63,807 nt of DNA from Anolis carolinensis (lineage: Eukaryota): assembly GCF_035594765.1 (NCBI RefSeq), contig NW_026943822.1, positions 25,178,968 to 25,242,774 on the forward strand. The letters run 5' to 3'. A program made the translations under genes and the position numbers. Every line of letters starts with the position of its first letter. Within the stretch, counting starts at the first letter, position 1. The notes beneath the pieces were generated by a model. The model made no database searches and had not been told where the DNA came from. It saw nothing but the letters and a program-made list of their open reading frames with translations. This document shows, piece by piece, positions 53,963 to 63,807 of the stretch.

Positions 53963-54270
53963 CTGCGTCCTCCGCCTCTGCTTCCCCAAACAAGCCAACC
54001 CCAGCCGGCCGCTGCGCCTGCGCACTCCCTGTGGAAGCGGAGCTCGCCCGGGGCAGGCTGGGAAGCGTAGTCCCGCCTCCGCCGGGCGCCGCGGAGAGAG
54101 GCGCGCGGGGACTACAGCGCCCACAAAGCAGCGGGCGCGAGGGGGGCGTGGCCTCGGCCGGGCGCGCTGCGTCGACAAAGGCAGGGAGGCGGTTGCCAAG
54201 GCGACGCCGAGGAGATTGAGAGGCATCCGAGAGGAAGCAGGCCAGCCAATTAGCAGGCCGATTGCGTCAG
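53963..54270. promoter_or_regulatory. CCPG1/PIERCE2 bidirectional CpG promoter with first noncoding exons
   Basis: Minus-strand donor GTAGGC at 53962; plus-strand donor GTAGGG at 54271; NRF1-like GCGCCTGCGCA at about 54014; two ZNF143-type ACTACnnnnCCCA motifs at about 54058 (-) and 54111 (+); RFX X-box GTTGCCAAGGCGAC at 54192-54205. Confidence 0.7.
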
Positions 54271-54779
54271 GTAGGGCCAGATTGGGCCCGCCCTCCCTGC
54301 CTCCCTCCAGGTGTTTGGGACTCCAACTCCCAGCATTCCTTTCCCCCTCAGTCCTGTCCTGTGTTATGTACATGTAAATAATAATAATAATAATAATACC
54401 TTTAATACCCCAGGCCCTTGGGAATTGCCTCATATTCAGAGATGGGCCCCAGACACTTGGACCTCATGTGCATGTACATGTAAATCATAATAATATATAA
54501 TAATAATAATAATAATCCTCTAATATCCCAGGCTTTGGGAAGAGCCTGATATTCTGAGACGGACCCGACACTTGGACCTCATGTGCATGTGTACTCTGTT
54601 ATGTACATGTAATTAATAATATTAATAATACTATAATACATCTAATATCCTAGGTCCTTGGGAAAAGCCTGATGTTCAGAGACAAAGCCCAGACACTTGG
54701 ACCTCATGTGCATGTTAATAATAATAATACTAATCAGCATATATATTTTGTTTGCTGTGTCATACTGTGTCTTTGTGTC

Positions 54780-54823
<44 letters not shown>

Positions 54824-54912
54824 ATCACACAGTCCTAGACACTTGGGAAGTGTTTGACTTGTGATTTTGTGATACGAAATCCAGCACATCTATCTTGTTT
54901 GCTGTGTCATAC

Positions 54913-54959
<47 letters not shown>

Positions 54960-55048
54960 ATCACACAGTCCTAGACACTTGGGAAGTGTTCGACTTGTGA
55001 TTTTGTGATACGAAATCCAGCATATCTATCTTGTTGGCTGTGTCATAC

Positions 55049-55094
<46 letters not shown>

Positions 55095-55362
55095 TACCTC
55101 TGATTTCTATTCAGAGATAGACCCCAGACGCTTGGACCCCATGTGCACGTGTGCTGTGTTGCTACGTACATGTAAATAAATAAATAATAATAATCAGCAT
55201 ATATATTTCGTTTGCTGTGTCATACTATGTCTTTGTGTCAATAATAATGATAATAATAATACTTCTGATATTCTAGGCCCTTGGGAAGAGCCTGATATTC
55301 AGAGATGGATCCCAGACGCTTGGACCCCATGTGCATGTGTGCTGTGTTGCTATGTACATGTA

Positions 55363-55413
<51 letters not shown>

Positions 55414-55458
55414 TCTTTCTTTCTTTCTTTCCTTCCTCCCTTCAGGCAGGGTCTGGGC

Positions 55459-55788
55459 ATGTCTTCAGAAGAGACCCCCGCGTCGGGGTCGTTCCTGTGC
55501 GCCAACCCTGGGAACCCGGTTGCCTCCTGCGGCCTGGACCCCAAGAGCCTGACCACGGGCGGGGGCCCCGTGCTGGGGAAGCCCCACCTCCTGATGTACC
55601 TGAAGACCTCCGAGGACTACGGGGCGGTGCCCCCCACCTCCCCCTTGGCGCCCTGCCGCTTCTGGCCCCGGAGCAACGCCTTCACCGACTACCAGGCCGC
55701 CTGCGGGCGCAGCCAGCTCAACGGCATCAACACCGGGGTCGAGAGGGGCAGGGTCATCGACCACAAAGAACTCATCAACGTCCTGTGA
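55459..55788 (+). CDS. PIERCE2: Piercer of microtubule wall 2 (C15orf65 ortholog), 109 aa
   Basis: CANPGNPVASCGLDPKSL...MYLKTSEDYG...NGINTGVERGRVID resembles the recalled C15orf65 CVNPGNPVFSCMLDPKTL...YKTNSSHYG...NTAPDRTRTLD. Acceptor at 55445, AATAAA at 55819, syntenic position. Confidence 0.9.
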   Translation: MSSEETPASGSFLCANPGNPVASCGLDPKSLTTGGGPVLGKPHLLMYLKTSEDYGAVPPTSPLAPCRFWPRSNAFTDYQAACGRSQLNGINTGVERGRVIDHKELINVL

Positions 55789-55992
55789 CCCAAAGGGACT
55801 CGACGACCCCCTTGCCCCAATAAAGCGCCTTCCAAGGTGTGTCCGTCTGTCCAGTGCTGTGATAAATGGATTGAGTGCATGATAGAGAAATAGAGATAAG
55901 ACACAGTGATAGATACAGTTTAAATGGACTGGTAAGATGGTAGAGAGAAAGAGAGAGGATGGATAGATGAGTGGATTGATATAAGATAAATA

Positions 55993-57011
55993 CGAGGGTT
56001 ATCCAGAAAGTAGATTAGGTTTTGGAATTAAAAATGAACAAAGTATAGGAGAAAACATTTACCATATGCAGTTGAAAAGCCACACCCAAAGACCACTTCT
56101 CAACATAGTCGCCATTCAAATCTAGGCATTCACATCTGTTGGCTCGACTCGGTCAGGCTTAAGGTTTATGTACGGTTATGTAAGGTTAATGGCTCAAGTA
56201 TTTTATAATGTATGGTTTTAAATTTATTTATTGTATTTTGTTAAATTATCTAATTGTTTTAATTGCTTATGTTTTATCTTTTTGTATTGTATATTGGCAT
56301 TGAATTTTGCCAGATTGTGAGCCGCCCTGAATCCCTTCGGGTGAGAAGGGTGAGGATAGAAATTATGGAAATAAATAAATAAATAAATAAATAAATAGGC
56401 ATAGTGATGAATGAGCTTGGCAACTCCTTCCCCACAAAACTCTGCCTCATGCGTCCTCAACCAGCCGGTCACCCCTTCCCGCAGCTGCGCATCGTCACCA
56501 AAACGCTGCGTTGAGGACGCAAGCGGCAGAGTTTTGTGAGGAAGGAGTTGCCAAGCTCATTCATCGCTATGAGAAGTGCCTAGATTTGAATGGCGACTAT
56601 GTTTTTTTAAAAAAATTGTTTTATTACATTCCAACAATTAACAAAAATTTTGCGATGCATGTCTTATTTCAATATACAAAATACCAAAAGTAAGTAATGC
56701 TTAAATGACATTTTAAACGATCCTTTGGAATGTAACCCCCACTCCCCTCCCCCCTGGAACAGCAATTCAATATATTATCGTTGTATCATTTTAACTGTGT
56801 GGAACGCCTGGTTCAAGGTGGTGTATCTTTCGTCTCCATCTATTTTGTTAATTAGGACTGACCATTTCCTGAACCAGTCAGGTTCTTTTAGAACGACTAT
56901 GTTGAGAAGTGGTATTTGGGTGTGGCTTTCAACTGCATATGGTAAATGTTTTCTCCTATACTTTGTTCATTTTTAATTCCAAAACGTAATCTACTTTCTG
57001 GATAACCCTCG
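55993..57011. mobile_element. Mariner-derived foldback element
   Basis: TA|CGAGGGTTATCCAGAAAGTAGATTA ... TAATCTACTTTCTGGATAACCCTCG|TA with ~115-bp arms. Internal inverted copies of the transposase C-terminus (AAEFCEEGVAKLIHRYEKCLDLNGDYV). Confidence 0.85.
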
Positions 57012-57264
57012 TATACAGACAGACATAGACGCCCAATTGAAGAAATACAGTCTAGCTGAGAAACACAAGCTTTTCCTGAGAATTTCCTCTACTTTGTTTA
57101 TTGAGAAAAGTATTAAATTATTAAAAAATGGAAATATTTTCTACAGAGAATCATTTCTGGAAATCAGTTCCAGCTCTTCCTCTCCTCACGAGAGCCATAA
57201 GAGCCACTTATAACGAGGAGAAAGGCCCCCCGAGGACCCCCGTCAGCATGGCGCGTCCCCAGAA

Positions 57265-57642
57265 TCACTCCTGCCCTTGAATTATGTGTCGAATCCTTTC
57301 CGCATCTTCCTCCAGATTTTTATTGGAAGGCTCGATTTTTAGCGCGGCCATGTAATCTTGGAGGCCTAGGGGAAACGCAGCACACACAGATGGTGATGCT
57401 AGAGCACCGGGAACCGCTGTGTTGCGGAAGTAAAATGTGCATCTACTTCTAGGCATCTTTACTCTAAAAAGTGCTGCTGATTTCCCAAGCAGAAATCCTA
57501 CGAAGACCAGAAATGGCTGCACTCTTCTTGGCATCATAATAATAATAATAATAACAACAACAACAATATAATTGTGCTTTTTTAATTTAGATTTTAATCA
57601 TCTTTGATGTGGGTTTTACAGCTGTATTAGATGGAAATGTGT

Positions 57643-57684
<42 letters not shown>

Positions 57685-57846
57685 GTTTTTAAATTAGATT
57701 TTAATAATCTTCGATGTGGGTTTTACAGCTGTATTAGATGGAAATGTGTTCAATAATAATAATAATAATATTGTGTTTTTTAAATTTTAGATTTTAATAA
57801 TCTTCGATGTGGGTTTTACAGCTGTATTAGATGGAAATGTGTTCAA

Positions 57847-57920
<74 letters not shown>

Positions 57921-60900
57921 TAATTGTGGTTTTTTAATTTAGATTTTAATAATCTTTGATGTGGGTTTTACGGCTGTATTAGATTGAAATGTGTTCAATA
58001 CTACTACTACTACTACTAATAATAATAATAATAATAATGTGTTTTTAATTTAGTTTTGAATAATCTTCGATGTGGTTTTTACAGCTGTATTAGATGGAAA
58101 TGTGTTCATGACGGGATCGCGGGATCGCGGATTGACGTCTTTGCTTTTTAATGAGTCCCGATGGGGCAGAAAAGCGGGATGGAAATAAATAAATACGTGA
58201 GAAATGTAACATTCCCCTTACCTTCGGCATACAATTCCAGTTCGCAGAAGGCCGTCCCACGCCGGACGTGAGCCTTCGCTCTGGCCTTTGCGTTGTCAGG
58301 GACGGGAGGAGTCAATAAATCCAAAGCCTTGAAAATAATAATAATAATAATAATAATGTGCTGCTTGTTCTTGAGGCTCAAGGCTTTAGAGCAGGCATGG
58401 GCCAACTTGGGCCCTCCTTCCTGTTGTTTTGGACTCCAACTCCCACCATTCCTGACAGCCTCAGGCCCCTTCCTTTTCCCCCTCAGCCGCTTAAGCGGCT
58501 GAGGGGGAAAAGGAAGGGGCCTGAGGCTGTCAGGAATGGTGGGAGTTGGAGTCCAAAACAACAGGAAGGAGGGCCCAAGTTGGCCCATGCTTGCTTTATA
58601 ATATCTGTTAAGGAAGACGTAAATAGCCCATACCTTGGAGGCATCTTCGATGGCCTTGTGCAGGTTCCTCAGCCTCAGGTGGGAGGCAGCTCTGTTCAGG
58701 TACAAGACCGGGATCCGGCTGTTGATGCGAATCGCCAAATTGTAAGCATTGACCGCCGCCAGGTAGTTCCCCGTTGCAAACATTTTGCTAAACGAACAGA
58801 AAAGCTGCGTAAACAGAAGGCTTAGCTGCCAGCCGAAGCACATAGGGACTCCGTCTGAGGCCTGGGAACTCACTTGCCCTTGTCTTTCAGCCAGTCGGGG
58901 TCTTTCTCCTCTTCTCGTAAATCCTCGATCTCTGCAGCGTCGGCGTCAATCATGCGTCGGGCCTCTGCTTGCTTGCGCAGCCACTGAGGAAGGGAGGGAG
59001 GTGCAACGGTCATTTCGGAGACAGACGGCCAAAGGAAGGACCAAGATGTGAAAGGATGATGGAAGAAAGAGGGAGAGGATGTATGACCAATGCAACTCGA
59101 TTATTATAATAATTATTATTGAGGTTGGATGGCCATCTTTCAGGAGAGCTTTAATGGTGAAGGCAGAAAAGAGTTGGACTGGGTGGTCAATGCAGCCTCT
59201 TCCAACACTATTATTAATTATTATTGAGGTTGGATGGCCATCTGTCGGGGGAGCTTTAATGGTGAAGGCAGAAAAGGATTGGACTGGATGGTCAATGCAG
59301 CCTCTTCCAACACTATTATTATTTATTATTGAGGTTGGATGGCCATCTGTCGGGGGAGCTTTAATGGTGAAGGCAGAAAAGGATTGGACTGGCTGGTCAA
59401 TGCAGTCTCTTCCAACACTATTATTAATTATTATTGAGGTTGGATGGCCATCTGTCAGGGGAGCTTTAATGGTGAAGGCAGAAAAGGATTGGACTGGATG
59501 GTCAATGCAGCCTCTTCCAACACTATTATTAATTATTATTGAGGTTGGATGGCCATCTGTCGGGGGAGCTTTAATGGTGGAGGCAGAAAAGGATTGGACT
59601 GGATGGTCAATGCAGTCTCTTCCAACACTATTATTAATTATTATTGAGGTTGGATGGCCATCTGTCGGGGGAGCTTTAATGGTGAAGGCACAAAAGGGTT
59701 AGACTGGATGGTCAATGCAGTCTCTTCCAACACTATTATTAATTATTATTGAGGTTGGATGGCCATCTGTCGGGGGAGCTTTAATGGTGAAGGCAGAAAA
59801 GGGTTAGACTGGATGGTCAATGCAGTCTCTTCCAACACTATTATTAATTATTATTGAGGTTGGATGGCCATCTGTCGGGGGAGCTTTAATGGTGAAGGCA
59901 GAAAAGGGTTAGACTGGATGGTCAATGCAGTCTCTTCCAACACTATTATTAATTATTATTGAGGTTGGATGGCCATCTGTCGGGGGAGCTTTAATGGTGA
60001 AGGCAGAAAAGGGTTAGACTGGATGGTCAATGCAGTCTCTTCCAACACTATTATTAATTATTATTGAGGTTGGATGGCCATCTGTCGGGGGAGCTTTAAT
60101 GGTGAAGGCAGAAAAGGGTTAGACTGGATGGTCAATGCAGCCTCTTCCAACACTATTATTAATTATTATTGAGGTTGGATGGCCATCTGTCGGGGGAGCT
60201 TTAATGGTGAAGGCAGAAAAGGGTTAGACTGGATGGTCAATGCAGTCTCTTCCAACACTATTATTAATTATTATTGAGGTTGGATGGCCATCTGTCGGGG
60301 GAGCTTTAATGGTGAAGGCAGAAAAGGATTGGACTGGATGGTCAATGCAGTCTCTTCCAACACTATTATTATTTATTATTGAGGTTGGATGGCCATCTGT
60401 CGGGGGAGCTTTAATGGTGAAGGCAGAAAAGGATTGGACTGGATGGTCAATGCAGTCTCTTCCAACACTATTATTAATTATTATTGAGGTTGGATGGCCA
60501 TCTGTTGGGGGAGCTTTAATGGTGAAGGCAGAAAAGGATTGGACTGGCTGGTCAATGCAGTCTCTTCCAACACTATTATTAATTATTATTGAGGTTGGAT
60601 GGCCATCTGTCGGGGGAGCTTTAATGGTGAAGGCAGAAAAGGATTGGACTGGCTGGTCAATGCAGTCTCTTCCAACACTATTATTAATTATTATTGAGGT
60701 TGGATGGCCATCTGTCGGGGGAGCTTTAATGGTGAAGGCAGAAAAGGATTGGACTGAATGGTCAATGCAGCCTCTTCCAACACTATTATTAATTATTATT
60801 GAGGTTGGATGGCCATCTGTCGGGGGAGCTTTAATGGTGAAGGCAGAAAAGGATTGGACTGGATGGTCAATGCAGCCTCTTTCAACACTATTATTATCAT

Positions 60901-60989
60901 TGAGGTTGCATGGCCATCTGTCGGAGGAGATTTAATGGTGAAGGCAGAAAAGGATTGGACTGGATGGTCAATGCAGCCTCTTCCAACAC

Positions 60990-61038
<49 letters not shown>

Positions 61039-61583
61039 GAGGTTGGATGGTCATCTATCGGGGTGCTTTGATGGTGCTTTTCCCTGCCCGCTGACCTCCT
61101 CTTCTTCGGGGGCGCGGGACTCCCTGCTGGCCGTGGGGAAGGCGCGAGGGGTGAAGGCGACCTCGATGCTCCCGGCCGGACGCGGGGCAGGCAGGGCCTC
61201 TGCCTTCAGCTTCTCCAAAAACATATTGCCTGAGTTTATTCCTGCGGGAAAGACAAGTGGAGAAGAGAGCCATGAGGAGAGGCAGGTAAGAAATAAAATT
61301 ACGATTATTCTTGTTATTGGGTTGCTGTGAGATTTTCGGGCTGTATGGAGCAAAGACACCATAATAATGAATATCACTTAATATATATGTACTTCAGTCC
61401 CCACAATNNNNNNNNNNNNNNNNNNNNNNNNNNNNNNNNNNNNNNNNNNNNNNNNNNNNNNNNNNNNNNNNNNNNNNNNNNNNNNNNNNNNNNNNNNNNN
61501 NNNNNNNNNNNNNNNNNNNNNNNNNNNNNNNNNNNNNNNNNNNNNNNNNNAAAAGGCCACCCTACTTGTTTGCTGTGTCATAC

Positions 61584-61630
<47 letters not shown>

Positions 61631-63541
61631 ATCACACAGTCCTAGACACTTGGGAAGTGTTCGACTTGTGATTTTGTGATACGAAATCCAGCATATCTAT
61701 CTTATTTGCTGTGTCATACAATAAAATACAGTAGAGTCTCACTTATCCAAGCTAAACGGGCTGGCAGAACCTTGGATAATTTAGCTTGTAAATCGCCTAG
61801 AGCATCTTGGATGGAGGGTGATTAATAAGTAATTAAATGATGAATGATGATTATGATGAATAAGCGAGTATCTTGGATAATAAGGAGGCATTAAGGAAAA
61901 GCCTATTAAACATCAAATTAGGTTATGATTTTACAAATGAAGCACCAAAACATCATGTTAGACAACAAATTTGGCAGAAAAAGTAGTTCAATACGCAGTA
62001 ATGCTATGTAGTAATTACTGTATTTATGAATTTAGCACCAAAATATCACGATAAATTGAAAACATTGACTACAAAAATGCATTGGATAATCCAGAAACTT
62101 TGATAAGCGAGACTTGGATAAGTGAGACTCTACTGTATAATTATTCAACCGCCACAATTCCTAACAGCCAGTAATAATAATATAATATAATGCAGGCATG
62201 GGCAAACTTCAGTCCTCCAGGTGTTTTGGACTTCAGCCCCCACAATTTCTAACAACTGGTAGGATAACTATGTACGATAACTATTTGATGTTTCTGTTAG
62301 TCAATTCATAACCAAAATATATAACTTAATGGGAAGTTTTTTTAAAAAGGGAAAGGGGAAACCCATTTTTCATGACAGTCAAGGAGTGAGAAGCCATGTC
62401 TACCTCCTTGTAGGGCAGTATACAAATACACTTTTACTGACTTACCTCCGTCCGTCTTGTTTCTATGGAAAGACTTCGCTTTCCCTGTCTCTGGGCTCTT
62501 CCTCTTTTCGTGATGCGTCTTTTGCTCTCCTCGAGCCTCCTTCAGCCTCTCCTTCTGCTTCTTCCACCTCTCAATCTCCGCATTGGCTTTCCTTCGCTCC
62601 TCTTCTTTGCAATCTTCTATTCGTTTCCTTTCTGCCTCTTCCAGCTGTTTGGACAGACAAGGATCGTGTATTTATTGCAGCTGCTCAATCATTTAGTCAT
62701 CTCCGACTCTTCGTGACCTCATGGACCAGACTATATTTTACTGATGAACTGACTCACAGAAAAACCAAATGACAATAATAATAACAATACATAAAATAGT
62801 AACATAAAATACTATTATTAATAATATTAATATTGTCATGGCCCGGGGCTGTGGCGCAGACGGGAGAGCAATGAGTCACTGACCAGGAGGTCATAAGTTC
62901 GAGGCCCGCTCGGAGCTATGTTTGTTTGTCTTTGTCTTGTGTTAAAAAGGCATTGAATGTTTGCCTAATATGTGTAATGTGATCCGCCCTGAGTCCCCTT
63001 CGGGGTGAGAAGGGCGGAATATAAATGATGTAAATAAATAAATAAATAAAATGATTATTATTATTTATGCCTTGGCTCACCTTCATTGTGGCATCCAGAG
63101 TGAAGTGGCCCCGCTCCCGCTTCCGAGTCGCTTTGGCTTTGGCCTCGGCCGCGGCCTCTTCCTGGGCCTTGCGCACTGCCTCTTCCCGGACACTCTGCCG
63201 CTCCGCTTTGTCCCCTGGGAAGGAAGGATTATATGATTGACCATACTGAGGTATCAATAGTCAATAGTATTGCTGTACAAAAAAATAATTAATAAAGAGG
63301 AAGGAAGGAATTTGCTCGGCCACAAGGAAAGATGATGTCCCCCCCTCCCTCCGCTGAGGGCCAAATGCACCAATGAAAGGCTTGACCACTCACCTCCCTC
63401 CATGAGAAGGGACTCCCAGGGGCCGGGCTCCCTTTTGTAGAGGGTGAAGGAGACACAGCCCTCCTCCACCTTGGCAGTGCTTCGCGCATTGTCGATGGGC
63501 GCCCAGAGTAAGGCCTCGAAGAGGAACGGAGGGGAGCTCAC
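57265..63541 (-). CDS. DNAAF4: Dynein axonemal assembly factor 4 (DYX1C1; CS and TPR domains); first coding exon lies beyond the window
   Basis: Exons 63541-63394, 63214-63081, 62644-62446, 61241-61096, 58983-58874, 58787-58634, 58327-58222 and 57365-57265 join in frame. Motifs: [66 protein letters not shown]. Minus-strand AATAAA at 57097-57102. Confidence 0.96.
57570..58110. repeat. Five-copy AT-rich tandem repeat interleaved with (TAA)n and (TAC)n in the DNAAF4 last intron
   Basis: Repeated TGATGTGGGTTTTACAGCTGTATTAGATGGAAATGTGTT core. Confidence 0.85.
58392..58593. mobile_element. Palindromic hAT-type MITE
   Basis: Near-perfect 200-bp hairpin centred on GCCGCTTAAGCGGC; imperfect 8-bp TSD CTTTAGAG/CTTTATAA. 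Relatives at ~20710-20880, 40181-40470 and 47524-47795. Confidence 0.85.
59113..61050. repeat. 105-bp minisatellite, about 18 copies, in a DNAAF4 intron
   Basis: Unit ATTATTATTGAGGTTGGATGGCCATCTGTCGGGGGAGCTTTAATGGTGAAGGCAGAAAAGGATTGGACTGGATGGTCAATGCAGTCTCTTCCAACACT...; resembles a CR1 3' UTR. Confidence 0.95.
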
Positions 63542-63626
63542 CTGCAAAGACAATAATCATCATTATTATAATAATTATATTATATTATAGCCATAGAGGC
63601 GGAGGAGGAGGAGAGCTCACCTAGGG

Positions 63627-63684
<58 letters not shown>

Positions 63685-63807
63685 GAGGAGAGCTCACCTG
63701 GGGATATATAATAATAATAATAATGATGATGAAGGAGAGCTCACCTAGGGATATATAATAATAATAAAAATTATGGAGGAGAGCTCACCTGGGGATATAT
63801 AATAACA

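Noticed and set aside
59079-60935. 207-aa and 231-aa repetitive ORFs
   Set aside because: Artefact of the 105-bp (35-codon) minisatellite; other units contain stops.
59113-61050. CRISPR-like array
   Set aside because: Vertebrate DNA; units are wholly repeated with no unique spacers and there are no cas genes.

Overview
Eukaryotic genomic DNA from a vertebrate. The repeat content (Sauria-type SINEs, CR1, L2, R4/Dong, Penelope, Helitron, hAT and mariner MITEs) points to a squamate lizard, probably Anolis. The window is a very compact, GC-rich version of the block syntenic with human 15q21.3. In order: 3' end of UNC13C (+), RSL24D1 (-), RAB27A (-), PIGBOS1 (-), PIGB (+), CCPG1 (-), PIERCE2/C15orf65 (+), and most of DNAAF4/DYX1C1 (-). 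All exon structures were assembled by hand and give intact reading frames. The most unusual region is the PIGB/PIGBOS1 head-to-head unit. The two ATGs are only 73 bp apart. The PIGBOS1 microprotein has a C-terminal tail encoded by a 36-bp tandem repeat that reads as Sp1 GC boxes on the other strand. PIGB intron 1 is a minor-spliceosome AT-AC intron filled by a ~51-bp CCAAT+GC-box minisatellite. Other notable points: apparent loss of the first intron in RSL24D1 and PIGB relative to human, a GC-AG intron in RAB27A, minimal hammerhead-ribozyme motifs in Penelope-derived repeats, satellites built from retroelement fragments, and tandem AG|GTGAG duplications of a DNAAF4 acceptor. Comparisons with human rest on recalled sequences and exon structures, not on searches.
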